Source of the DNA: Thermodesulfobacteriota bacterium
GTDB taxonomy: Bacteria; Desulfobacterota_D; UBA1144
Direction: 5' to 3'
NCBI GenBank assembly: GCA_036340075.1
Contig: JAYYZJ010000003.1
Location: 64,001 to 128,000 of the forward strand
DNA length: 64,000 nt
This document shows positions 43,593-52,348 of the stretch, piece after piece. The notes under the pieces are model-generated. The model was not told where the DNA came from and did not search any database. It saw nothing but the letters and a program-made list of their open reading frames with translations. Numbering within the stretch: the stretch's first letter is position 1; the number at the start of each line of letters is the position of its first letter. The position numbers and the translations under genes are program-made.

Positions 43593-45443
43593 ATGGCTGT
43601 AGATAAAACGGAACTAGAAACAATTACGGTAAAGTTCGCTGGCGACTCTGGTGATGGTATTCAATTAACTGGAGATCAATTCGGAAACACTACGGCTATT
43701 GCTGGAAATGATTTTGCAACGTTTCCTGACTTTCCATCTGAAATAAGAGCGCCTCTTGGAACAACCTATGGGGTTTCTTCTTATCAGATTCAGTTTGCAT
43801 CAAAAGATATTTACACTCCGGGTGATAGGCCGGATGTCTTAGTTTGTTTCAACCCAGCCGCATTGAAAGTTAATCTTAGTGTCGTAAACAAAGGTGCAAT
43901 TATAGTAGTCAATCAAGATGAATTTAATGAAAAAAATATTAAAAAAGCTGGCTTTGATAGTGACCCTTTAGAGCCTGGAAACAAATTACTATCTGATTTC
44001 ACTGTTCACAAGATTCCTATTACAACACTTACTCTAGAAGCATTAGCTGATATGGAAATGGGTCATCAGGACAAACTTAGATGCAAAAATTTTCTGGCAT
44101 TAGGTGTAGTCTCTTGGCTTTTCTCTAGATCGCTTGAGCCAATAGAAAACTTTTTAAAAGCAAAGTTTGGAAAAAAACAAATGGTTCTGGAGGCTAATAC
44201 AAAAGTTCTTCATGCCGGATTTAATATTTGTGATACTATGGAAATTTTTCCAGTTATGTACAAGGTCCCTCCTGCTAAACTAGAGCCTGGAACATATAGG
44301 AATATTAATGGTGCCCTTGCTACTACTTATGGTCTTCTTACGGCTGCTGAAAAAATTGATTTACCAATAGTATATGCTGGGTATCCAATTACCCCGGCTA
44401 GTGAGGTTTTGCATCTGCTTTCTGCTTTAAAACAATTTGATGTTTCAGCTGTTCAAACAGAAGATGAAATTGCTGCTATTACAATGGCTCTAGGAGCTGC
44501 ATATGGTGGCTCTCTTGGTATAACCGGCAGTTCCGGCCCAGGCTTAGCTCTCAAAATTGAGGCGCTAAATTTAGCAGTAATGACAGAGTTGCCATTAATT
44601 GTTTTTGATTTTATGAGATCTGGTATCTCAACTGGAATGCCTACAAAAACTGAACAAGGAGACTTATTGATGGCTCTCTTTGGAAGACCGTCGGATTCCC
44701 ACGTTATCGTGCTGGCCCCTTCAACAGCGGCAGACTGTTTTTGGATTTCCATAGAAGCAGTTAGGCTAGCAACGAAATATATGACACCAGTGGTAGTGTT
44801 GTCAGAAGGGTTCTTGGTTAATGCTTCTGAGCCGTGGAAATTGCCTAATTTGAAAAAAATACCAAAAATAAAATCTCCATTTAGAAATAAAGTGGAAGGC
44901 TATCTTCCATACAAAAGAAACAAAGAAACATTGGCTAGAGATTGGGTTCGAATTGGAACACAAGGATTGGAGCATACAATTGGTGGGCTTGAAAAACTAA
45001 ATGAAACTGGTGGTGTAACTCAGGACCCTGACAATCATGATTTGATGACTCGTCTAAGAGCAGAAAAAGTTCAAAAAGTTGCTAACGATATACCTGATTT
45101 AGAAATTATAGGAGAAGAAGATGCGGATTTACTTTTGGTGGGCTGGGGTAGCTCTCTCGGCAGTATGCGTGCCGCAGTAGAAGCCGTTAATCAATCTGGG
45201 AAAAAAGTCGCTATGATTAATATTAGATACCTGAATCCTTTACCTAAAAATCTTGCCAACATATTGAGAAGCTATAAGAAGGTTGCTGTGGTAGAATTAA
45301 ACTTAGGTCAGCTAAATATGATAATCAGATCAAGATTTCTCATTGATACTTCTTTTCTTGGTAGAGTTACTGGGCAACCAATAGCTGTAAGTGAATTAAT
45401 AGATTTTATAACTAAGGAGCTTGATATGCTGAAACAGCATTAG
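43593..45443 (+). CDS. korA: 2-oxoacid:ferredoxin oxidoreductase alpha subunit (gamma-alpha fusion)
   Basis: FAGDSGDG.QL.G, YPITPAS, EDEIAA, SGPG..LK.E, STG.PTK.EQ.DL and GWGS motifs. Substrate (2-oxoglutarate or other 2-oxoacid) is not resolved. Confidence 0.88.
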   Translation: MAVDKTELETITVKFAGDSGDGIQLTGDQFGNTTAIAGNDFATFPDFPSEIRAPLGTTYGVSSYQIQFASKDIYTPGDRPDVLVCFNPAALKVNLSVVNKGAIIVVNQDEFNEKNIKKAGFDSDPLEPGNKLLSDFTVHKIPITTLTLEALADMEMGHQDKLRCKNFLALGVVSWLFSRSLEPIENFLKAKFGKKQMVLEANTKVLHAGFNICDTMEIFPVMYKVPPAKLEPGTYRNINGALATTYGLLTAAEKIDLPIVYAGYPITPASEVLHLLSALKQFDVSAVQTEDEIAAITMALGAAYGGSLGITGSSGPGLALKIEALNLAVMTELPLIVFDFMRSGISTGMPTKTEQGDLLMALFGRPSDSHVIVLAPSTAADCFWISIEAVRLATKYMTPVVVLSEGFLVNASEPWKLPNLKKIPKIKSPFRNKVEGYLPYKRNKETLARDWVRIGTQGLEHTIGGLEKLNETGGVTQDPDNHDLMTRLRAEKVQKVANDIPDLEIIGEEDADLLLVGWGSSLGSMRAAVEAVNQSGKKVAMINIRYLNPLPKNLANILRSYKKVAVVELNLGQLNMIIRSRFLIDTSFLGRVTGQPIAVSELIDFITKELDMLKQH

Positions 45444-45452
45444 GTTGATCAA

Positions 45453-46460
45453 ATGGCTACAGAAAAAAACCAATACAAAGCTACAGATTTTAAATCACCG
45501 GCCGAACCTAGATGGTGTCCGGGATGCGAGGACTATGCAATATTAAAAGCTGTTCAGACCGCGATGGCTCAAATTGGTCGTCCTAAAAATGAACATGCCG
45601 TTGTTTCTGGCATTGGCTGCTCCTCAAGATTTCCATATTATATGGGGACATATGGTTTTCATACAATACATGGAAGACCTCTTCCAATAGCAACCGGACT
45701 TAAGCTTTCTAATCCCGATTTAGCAGTATGGGTTGTTACAGGAGATGGGGATGGAATATCAATAGGCGGAAATCATTTCATTCATGCATTAAGAAGAAAT
45801 GCCGACTTAAACATTCTTTTGTTCAACAATAAAATTTATGGTCTTACAAAAGGCCAGTATTCTCCAACAAGCGACAAAGGAATGGTTAACAAAACTGCTC
45901 CTTACGGAACCCTAGAAGAGTCTGTGGACCCAACTGGTTTAGCAGTAGAGTGCGGGGCATCGTTTGTTGCTCAAATAGCAGCAGCATATGTTAAGGAATT
46001 GGTTGAAATATTAGTAGAAGCATATAATCACAAAGGAACTTCTTTTGTTCATATTTATCAAAATTGCTATATTTATAACAATGGTGTTTTTGATGGTTTC
46101 ACAGAAAGATCGATTAGAGATGACAACAATATAAAAATTGAAAATGGAAAACCTCTTGTTTTTGGAAACGATTTGAATAAGGGGTTGATTATGGGCCAAG
46201 GAAGATTAGAGATAATTGAATTTGAGCCAGATAACATACCGGACAATGTTATTGTTTATGATGAAACTAATCCTGCATTGATAAAAATGGTTGCAAACAT
46301 GAGGTTCCCTGAATACCCCGTACCAATGGGAATAATCAAGAGAGTGGAAAAGCCCTGCTTTGAGCAGTCTGTAAAAGATCAAATTGATTCAGCAAAAACA
46401 AAATTCCCTCCTAACTTAGAAAAATTAATTTCCTCTGGGGACACCTGGGAAGTTAAGTAA
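45453..46460 (+). CDS. korB: 2-oxoacid:ferredoxin oxidoreductase beta subunit
   Basis: WCPGC, SGIGCSSR, HGR, TPP motif GDGD...GGNH...NN and YGLTKGQ.SPT. Confidence 0.9.
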   Translation: MATEKNQYKATDFKSPAEPRWCPGCEDYAILKAVQTAMAQIGRPKNEHAVVSGIGCSSRFPYYMGTYGFHTIHGRPLPIATGLKLSNPDLAVWVVTGDGDGISIGGNHFIHALRRNADLNILLFNNKIYGLTKGQYSPTSDKGMVNKTAPYGTLEESVDPTGLAVECGASFVAQIAAAYVKELVEILVEAYNHKGTSFVHIYQNCYIYNNGVFDGFTERSIRDDNNIKIENGKPLVFGNDLNKGLIMGQGRLEIIEFEPDNIPDNVIVYDETNPALIKMVANMRFPEYPVPMGIIKRVEKPCFEQSVKDQIDSAKTKFPPNLEKLISSGDTWEVK

Positions 46461-46467
46461 TCCTCTA

Positions 46468-47310
46468 ATGAACAATGCTTTAAAAAGAAGTGTTGATATC
46501 GTTCTCAGAATAGCTACAAAAGAAGACAAAACCAAAGAGGACATAACAACCAAGTTTCTGCTTAATTCAAAAAAAATTAAAATGGGAGTTTTTTTTAAGG
46601 AGACTGGTGTATTGTGCGGGAAGGGGATAGTTAACCAAATAGTTAAAAAAATAAATAAGGATATACAAATACGATGGAACTACAAAGAGGGAGAAGAAAT
46701 TAAGAAAGGGTCAACTGTGGCAATCATATCGGGTCCGGGCAATACAATTGTTTCAAACGAAAGAGTAATATTAAATTTTTTACAAAAGCTTTGTGGGATT
46801 GCGACATTAACTAGATTGTTTGTTAAAAAACTGGACAACAAGAAGATTAAAATACTCGATACTAGAAAAACTATTCCTGGCTGGAGGCATTTGGAAAAAT
46901 ACGCAGTGGAAATTGGCGGTGGAAAAAATCACAGAACAGACTTGGCGGAATCAATTCTAATTAAAGACAACCATATAAAAATTTCTGGAGACATTGATAC
47001 AACACTAAGAAAAGTTTTTAAAAATAAAAGGAAGAAAAAAGTTGAGGTGGAAGCATCCAGCATAAAGGATGTTAAAAAAATAATTGGGTTTCAAATTAAC
47101 CAAATAATGCTGGACAACTTCAAAGAAAAAGATATACCTAAAGCTACAAAAATAATTAGAGAATCTAGCTCTGCCAAAATAGAGGTTTCTGGCAACATAA
47201 ATTTAAAAAATATTAAATCTATGGCTAAATACGATATAGACTTTATCTCAATAGGGCGCATTACACATTCTGCACAATTCTTAGATATTTCAATGGATGT
47301 GTTAAGATAA
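46468..47310 (+). CDS. nadC: Nicotinate-nucleotide diphosphorylase (carboxylating)
   Basis: ED...DIT, ER..LN, DTRKT.PG, NHR, IKDNH, MLDN and S.G.ITHS motifs. Confidence 0.93.
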   Translation: MNNALKRSVDIVLRIATKEDKTKEDITTKFLLNSKKIKMGVFFKETGVLCGKGIVNQIVKKINKDIQIRWNYKEGEEIKKGSTVAIISGPGNTIVSNERVILNFLQKLCGIATLTRLFVKKLDNKKIKILDTRKTIPGWRHLEKYAVEIGGGKNHRTDLAESILIKDNHIKISGDIDTTLRKVFKNKRKKKVEVEASSIKDVKKIIGFQINQIMLDNFKEKDIPKATKIIRESSSAKIEVSGNINLKNIKSMAKYDIDFISIGRITHSAQFLDISMDVLR

Positions 47311-47314
47311 TTTT

Positions 47315-48253
47315 ATGGGTGCACTAGAAAAAACTGTTAGGATTCTCAAATTAAAAGAAAAGAAGAATGCTGTAATTTTAGCTCACAATTATCAAATACC
47401 TGAAGTACAGGATATGGCTGATTTTGTTGGTGATTCTCTTGGATTATCTAAAATGGCTGCATCTTCTAATGCTGACATGATAGTATTTTGCGGTGTTCAT
47501 TTTATGGCAGAAACTGCATCGATATTGTGCCCAAACAAGAAAATCCTTCTTCCTGATGCTGACGCAGGATGCTCACTTGCTGAATCAATAAATGTTAGCC
47601 AGTTAGTGGAATGGAAGAAAAAAAATCCTGGAGCAGTTGTTGTCTCTTACGTAAACACTACAGCCGAAGTAAAAGCCGAAAGTGATTACTGTTGTACTTC
47701 TTCCAATGCTATCAAAGTCGTTGAGTCAATTGATCCAGAAAAGGAAATTTTATTTTTGCCTGATATGTTTTTGGGAGCCTATGCACAAAAGAAAACTGGA
47801 AGGAAAATCCATATTTGGCCAGGAGAATGTCATGTTCATGCTGCCATGACATATGAGGAAATTGAAAATCTTCGTGATGATTTTCCTAATTCAGAAATTC
47901 TTATACATCCTGAATGTGCTTGTGGTTCTCAAGCCATGTATTACTCAGAAAAAAATAAAGACAAAGATGTTCATTTTCTCTCCACAGAGGCAATGATTTC
48001 GAGAGCAGGAACTTCGACTTCTGAGAACTTAATTGTGGCTACAGAAACAGGAGTTATTCACAAGATGAAAAAGATTGCGCCAGAGAAAAACTTTATTCCT
48101 ATCAGTCCAAATGCTACTTGTAAATATATGAAGATGATTACTCTTGATAAAGTTCTCCAAGCCTTGGAGGAAGAAACTCCTGAAATAAAAGTTGCCCCGG
48201 AAATCGCATCAAAGGCGAAACTAGCAATAGACAGAATGGTTAGTATAGTTTAG
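47315..48253 (+). CDS. nadA: Quinolinate synthase
   Basis: LAHNYQ, FCGV.FMAE, AGCSLA, YVNT.A.VKA, CTSSNA, C.VH, HPEC and C.YMK motifs. Confidence 0.95.
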   Translation: MGALEKTVRILKLKEKKNAVILAHNYQIPEVQDMADFVGDSLGLSKMAASSNADMIVFCGVHFMAETASILCPNKKILLPDADAGCSLAESINVSQLVEWKKKNPGAVVVSYVNTTAEVKAESDYCCTSSNAIKVVESIDPEKEILFLPDMFLGAYAQKKTGRKIHIWPGECHVHAAMTYEEIENLRDDFPNSEILIHPECACGSQAMYYSEKNKDKDVHFLSTEAMISRAGTSTSENLIVATETGVIHKMKKIAPEKNFIPISPNATCKYMKMITLDKVLQALEEETPEIKVAPEIASKAKLAIDRMVSIV

Positions 48254-48325
48254 TGGCCGTGGGTGGAATTGAACCACCGACATACGCCTTATGAGAGCGT
48301 CGCTCTACCCCTGAGCTACACGGCC
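48254..48325 (-). tRNA. tRNA with CAT anticodon (elongator Met or lysidine-modified Ile2; not initiator), CCA not encoded
   Basis: GGCCGTG TA GCTC AGGGGTA GAGC G ACGCT CTCATAA GGCGT ATGTC GGTGG TTCAATT CCACC CACGGCC A. G1-C72 is paired and the anticodon stem lacks three consecutive G-C pairs. Confidence 0.92.
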
Positions 48326-48384
48326 AATGGATTTTGAGTTTATCATGCAAAAAAAGACTTTCAAGAATGGTAAGCTATTCGTTA

Positions 48385-49119
48385 ATGAGCTCACAGATTT
48401 CGAAAAAGGTTTTTGAAGAAAGAAGAGCGGCTGTTTTTCTTTTACTATCTTCTGTCTTTATTGCTTCGATGACCATGTTAAACATCCTTGGAACATCAAG
48501 ATTCCTGGATTTAAGCTTTGAATTGCTTGGAATACAGATACCGGTAATTGTAGCTGTCGGAGTCCTGCCTTATCCAATAACTTTTCTTTGTACTGATTTT
48601 ATATCTGAAATCTTTGGAAGAAAAAAAGCTTCTCAAGTTGTATGGGCTGGATTAATAGTAAATATTTGGCTTGCCTTTATTGTTTGGCTAGCAGGTGCTC
48701 TTCCTGATTTCAAAACAACTGAGCTTAGCGAGTCTTCTAATAATGCTTTTATGGTTATTCGGCAATTGTCGTTAAGTACAATAGTTGCTTCTATGATTGC
48801 CTATTTTCTTGCTCAATATTCTGATGTAAGAATTTTTCATTTTTTTAAAGAAAAAACAAAGGGGAAACACTTGTGGCTTCGAAACAATGCCTCAACAATG
48901 TTCAGTCAGTTTGTTGACACAGTTTCAGTGATTCTGATAACACACATTTTAACTCGTTCTATTCCACTGCCAGAAGAAAAAAGTGAAATTGAAGGATTAG
49001 CTTTTTTAATCATAAATGCGTATGTCTTTAAATTTTTCTTTGCTGTACTAGATACTCCAATCCTATATGCAGGAGTAAAATACTTAAGAAATTATTTGGG
49101 CCTAGAAACACAAGTGTAA
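48385..49119 (+). CDS. Queuosine precursor transporter (YhhQ / VUT family)
   Basis: G...YP.TF..TD.ISE..G, AS..AY..AQ..DV and LWLRNN.ST..SQ..DT motifs. Confidence 0.88.
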   Translation: MSSQISKKVFEERRAAVFLLLSSVFIASMTMLNILGTSRFLDLSFELLGIQIPVIVAVGVLPYPITFLCTDFISEIFGRKKASQVVWAGLIVNIWLAFIVWLAGALPDFKTTELSESSNNAFMVIRQLSLSTIVASMIAYFLAQYSDVRIFHFFKEKTKGKHLWLRNNASTMFSQFVDTVSVILITHILTRSIPLPEEKSEIEGLAFLIINAYVFKFFFAVLDTPILYAGVKYLRNYLGLETQV

Positions 49120-49198
49120 AGGCTGCTTATTTGGCCCTCATCGTTAAGGAATAAAAGCAGGTGTTTCATTAGGTGTTTAATTATTATAAAATTTAAAG

Positions 49199-50575
49199 AT
49201 GGCGGATTTAATAAAATCTTTACCTCAGAATAAAGAGGCCGAGCAAGCCGTCTTAGGCTCTATACTTTTGGATGAACAAGCAATCAATGTTGCTCTTGAA
49301 GAAATATCAGCAAATGACTTTTATGATGAAAATCATAAAAAAATATTTGCCGCTATGCTTGATTTGGATTCAGAAAACAAGCCTATAGATGTTCTAACGT
49401 TATTTGAAAAGCTAAAGTCAAAAAAATCATTGTTGCAAGATGTAGGTGGTAGCTCGTATCTTTCACAATTAGTTGAGATTGTGCCTAGTGCATCAAATGT
49501 ATCTTTCTATGCAAAATCAGTCAAAGAAAAGTCTGTTCTTCGGGATATGATTAAAACCGCTACTCAAATTATTCAAGAAGGACAGCTTGACCAAGTAAAT
49601 GTTAGCGAATTTGTTGATCAAGCTGAAAAAAAACTATTTGATATTACCCAGGATAATCGTAGAACTGGTTTTTCCGCGGCCCCTGAGCTAGTTAAAGAAA
49701 CTATTAAAATTATAGAACAGCTTTCACAAAGAAAAGAAGCTGTTACTGGAATTGCTAGTGGTTTTAAAAAACTTGACACTTTGACTGCTGGTTTCCAGCC
49801 CTCGGACTTAATAATACTTGCTGCAAGACCGGGAATGGGGAAAACTTCTATAAGTTTAAACATGGTTGTTCATGCGGCATTAAGTCATGATCTTAGCATA
49901 GGCTTCTTTTCTTTGGAGATGACAAAAGAACAATTGATGATGAGAATGCTGTCTTCAAAGTCTAAAGTTAATTTCGGCAAAATAAGAACCGGTTATTTGT
50001 CAGATTCCGAATTCAAAAAAGTAATAGACGCTGCGGATTCGCTCCAGCGTGCAAATATTCATATCGATGATTCTCCGGGCATTAACGTTTTAGAGCTGCG
50101 ATCAAAAACCAGGCGACTTATGAGTGAAAAAGGAATAGACTTGTTAGTTATTGACTACTTGCAGCTTATGAGAGGTGCAACAAGAGCAGAAAACAGGGAA
50201 AGGGAGATTGCCGAAATATCTTCATCCCTAAAGGCATTGGCAAAAGAGCTTGCCATTCCAATTATTGCAATATCTCAATTAAGCAGACAAACTGAAACAA
50301 GAACAGACAAAAAGCCGCAATTGTCTGACTTAAGAGAAAGTGGTGCGCTCGAACAAGATGCTGATATGGTCTTGTTTCTCCACCGTGCAGATGCTTACAA
50401 AAGAAACATTGAAGAACGCGATGGTATCGCTGAAGTTATTATTGGAAAGCAAAGAAATGGTCCGACAGGAACAGTTTCTCTTGCCTTTTTAGACCAACAA
50501 GGAGTTCCTGGTTTTGAAAATTTATCTGACGATTATTTTAACGAACTCCCTAATGGGGATGGGGACAATCTTTAA
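49199..50575 (+). CDS. dnaB: Replicative DNA helicase
   Basis: PQN.EAEQAVLG, AARPGMGKT, FSLEM, IDYLQLM, SQLSR, SDLRESG.LEQDAD and KQRNGPTG motifs; no intein. Confidence 0.97.
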   Translation: MADLIKSLPQNKEAEQAVLGSILLDEQAINVALEEISANDFYDENHKKIFAAMLDLDSENKPIDVLTLFEKLKSKKSLLQDVGGSSYLSQLVEIVPSASNVSFYAKSVKEKSVLRDMIKTATQIIQEGQLDQVNVSEFVDQAEKKLFDITQDNRRTGFSAAPELVKETIKIIEQLSQRKEAVTGIASGFKKLDTLTAGFQPSDLIILAARPGMGKTSISLNMVVHAALSHDLSIGFFSLEMTKEQLMMRMLSSKSKVNFGKIRTGYLSDSEFKKVIDAADSLQRANIHIDDSPGINVLELRSKTRRLMSEKGIDLLVIDYLQLMRGATRAENREREIAEISSSLKALAKELAIPIIAISQLSRQTETRTDKKPQLSDLRESGALEQDADMVLFLHRADAYKRNIEERDGIAEVIIGKQRNGPTGTVSLAFLDQQGVPGFENLSDDYFNELPNGDGDNL

Positions 50576-51330
50576 AGCTCTATAGATACCGGGCAATGGT
50601 CTGACCCGAGCACGTCGTTGTGTATTAATGCTTTTTTAATTTTGTTAATATCGGAAACCCAAAAGTAGTCAATTCTCCATCCAACGTTGTTTGATCTGGC
50701 ATTTCTCATATATGTCCACCAAGAATACTTAACTTTTTTTGGGTGAAGGTATCTAAAAGTGTCTACAAATCCACTTTTTTCAAATTTATCTAACCAATCT
50801 CTCTCTATCCTGAGAAAGCCTGATGTGTTTTCATTAGGCTTGGGGTGTTTTAAGTCGATTTCATTGTGCGCTATATTGTAGTCACCGCAAACTATAATAT
50901 TTTTCTTTTTTCTTTTAAGAGTTGCTGTTAAATCGTAAACGGCCTCATGAAATCTTAGCTTGTAGGCGAGTCGCTCTTCGTTCATTTGTCCGTTTGGAAA
51001 ATAAAAATTTAGAAGAACAAAGTCTTTGTATTCTAAGCTCAACAACCTACCTTCAACATCAAATTCTTTATCCGATTTTAGGCTTGTTGATACCTTGGTT
51101 GGTTTAATTTTTGAATATATCGCTACACCAGAATATCCTTTTTTTGTTTTTGAAGAATTAAAATATGAAAAATAATTTGGCATATTAATTAATTCGTCGT
51201 CCAACTGTTCTTTTTCTGCTTTGATTTCCTGGAGGCATAAAATATCTGGTTTAAATTTTTTTACAAAGCCTAAAAATCCTTTTTTTTGAACTGCTCTAAT
51301 ACCATTTACATTCCAAGAAAAGATTTTCAT
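50572..51330 (-). CDS. xth: Exodeoxyribonuclease III (AP endonuclease)
   Basis: SWNVNGIRA, LQE.K, GY.GVA, GD.N.AH, YSWW.Y, GWRIDY and SDHCP motifs. Confidence 0.95.
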   Translation of the reverse strand: MKIFSWNVNGIRAVQKKGFLGFVKKFKPDILCLQEIKAEKEQLDDELINMPNYFSYFNSSKTKKGYSGVAIYSKIKPTKVSTSLKSDKEFDVEGRLLSLEYKDFVLLNFYFPNGQMNEERLAYKLRFHEAVYDLTATLKRKKKNIIVCGDYNIAHNEIDLKHPKPNENTSGFLRIERDWLDKFEKSGFVDTFRYLHPKKVKYSWWTYMRNARSNNVGWRIDYFWVSDINKIKKALIHNDVLGSDHCPVSIEL

Positions 51331-51358
51331 ATAACTAGTTTATAATATTAAAGTAATT

Positions 51359-51994
51359 ATGCAGTTTGTCATTGTCCCTTTTAAAAATTTCTTAGAGGCT
51401 AAGTCTAGAATGAGAAAGACAGTGTCTTACGACACAACAATAAAAATTGTAAAAATCATGCTGGAGCATGTATTGTCTGAAATCAAAAACTCAAAGAAAT
51501 CTGACAAAAACTTTATTGTCACTAAAGACAAAGAGGCTGTTAAGATTGCTGAAAAATTTGGCTTTGATGTTCTTTTGGAAGAAAAGCAATCTGGTGAAAG
51601 CTCTTCTGTGGACTGGGCATCAAAAAAATTATACGAGATGGGTGCGAGCTCGGTTTTAAGGCTACCTGCCGACTTACCCTTGATAGAATCAAGAGACGTT
51701 GACGAAATATTCGAGCGTTCAAATGAAACCAACAGCAGCATTCTGGTGCCTTCTAGAAGCGGGCTGGGAACTAACGCATTTTTGCGTTCCCCCCCCGAAA
51801 TTGTTCCATCGTTTTTTGGTTCTAACAGCATGGAAAAACATATAGCTGCTTTTGAAGAAAAAGGCGCTGACTATTCCGTAGTTAAAAATGAAAACATCGG
51901 TTTTGATGTTGACTCAGGCGAAGATTTAAAAGAATTAGGATTGTTGGCCAAAAGAAGTTTGGCGGTAACCTCAATTTTAAATTTAATTAATTAA
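51359..51994 (+). CDS. cofC: 2-phospho-L-lactate/PEP guanylyltransferase (F420 biosynthesis)
   Basis: VP.K....AKSR, ML..VL, .PADLP.I, P...G.GTNA, F..G..S...H and D.D...DL motifs. Confidence 0.85.
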   Translation: MQFVIVPFKNFLEAKSRMRKTVSYDTTIKIVKIMLEHVLSEIKNSKKSDKNFIVTKDKEAVKIAEKFGFDVLLEEKQSGESSSVDWASKKLYEMGASSVLRLPADLPLIESRDVDEIFERSNETNSSILVPSRSGLGTNAFLRSPPEIVPSFFGSNSMEKHIAAFEEKGADYSVVKNENIGFDVDSGEDLKELGLLAKRSLAVTSILNLIN

Positions 51995-52286
51995 GGACTG
52001 CCAAAATATCCGTTTCTTCTAGAATCAACAAGTCTTTGCCATCAATGGAAAGCTCTGCTCCTCCATATTTGCTAAAAAGGACTCTGTCTCCTTCTTTTAC
52101 AACAAGGGGTGTTACGTTTCCACTTTTGTCAACTCTTCCATTGCCTACAGCAACCACTGTTGCCTCAAGTGGCTTTTCTTGAGAAGCGTCGGGAATTATT
52201 ATCCCTCCTTCGGTCATCTCTTGTGCTTCGTTTCTTTCTACTAGAATTTTATCTCCTAGTGGTCGTATTTTTTTAGATTTACCCAT
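51987..52286 (-). CDS. groES: Co-chaperonin GroES (no adjacent groEL)
   Basis: IRPLGD..LV, T.GGIIIPD...EKP, VAVG.G and GD.VLF.KY.G motifs; AGGAG SD. Confidence 0.95.
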   Translation of the reverse strand: MGKSKKIRPLGDKILVERNEAQEMTEGGIIIPDASQEKPLEATVVAVGNGRVDKSGNVTPLVVKEGDRVLFSKYGGAELSIDGKDLLILEETDILAVLN

Positions 52287-52348
52287 TTTTATCTCCTAAT
52301 AAAATTAACTTCTTATAAACTAATCATAAAAAATAAACTTTCAAGACA

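Noticed and set aside
46468..48253. nadC-nadA without nadB, and hisG without hisD, as novel pathway gaps
   Set aside because: Operons are visibly shuffled in this genome, so the missing genes may lie outside the window.
13284..48325. The two tRNAs as att sites bounding an integrated element (they share T-arm and D-arm sequence)
   Set aside because: The similarity is ordinary tRNA conservation; there is no integrase or duplicated 3' fragment, and the enclosed genes are mostly housekeeping.
48326..48384. preQ1 riboswitch upstream of the queuosine precursor transporter
   Set aside because: No recognisable preQ1 stem-loop with an A-rich tail; the spacer is short and appears occupied by divergent promoters.
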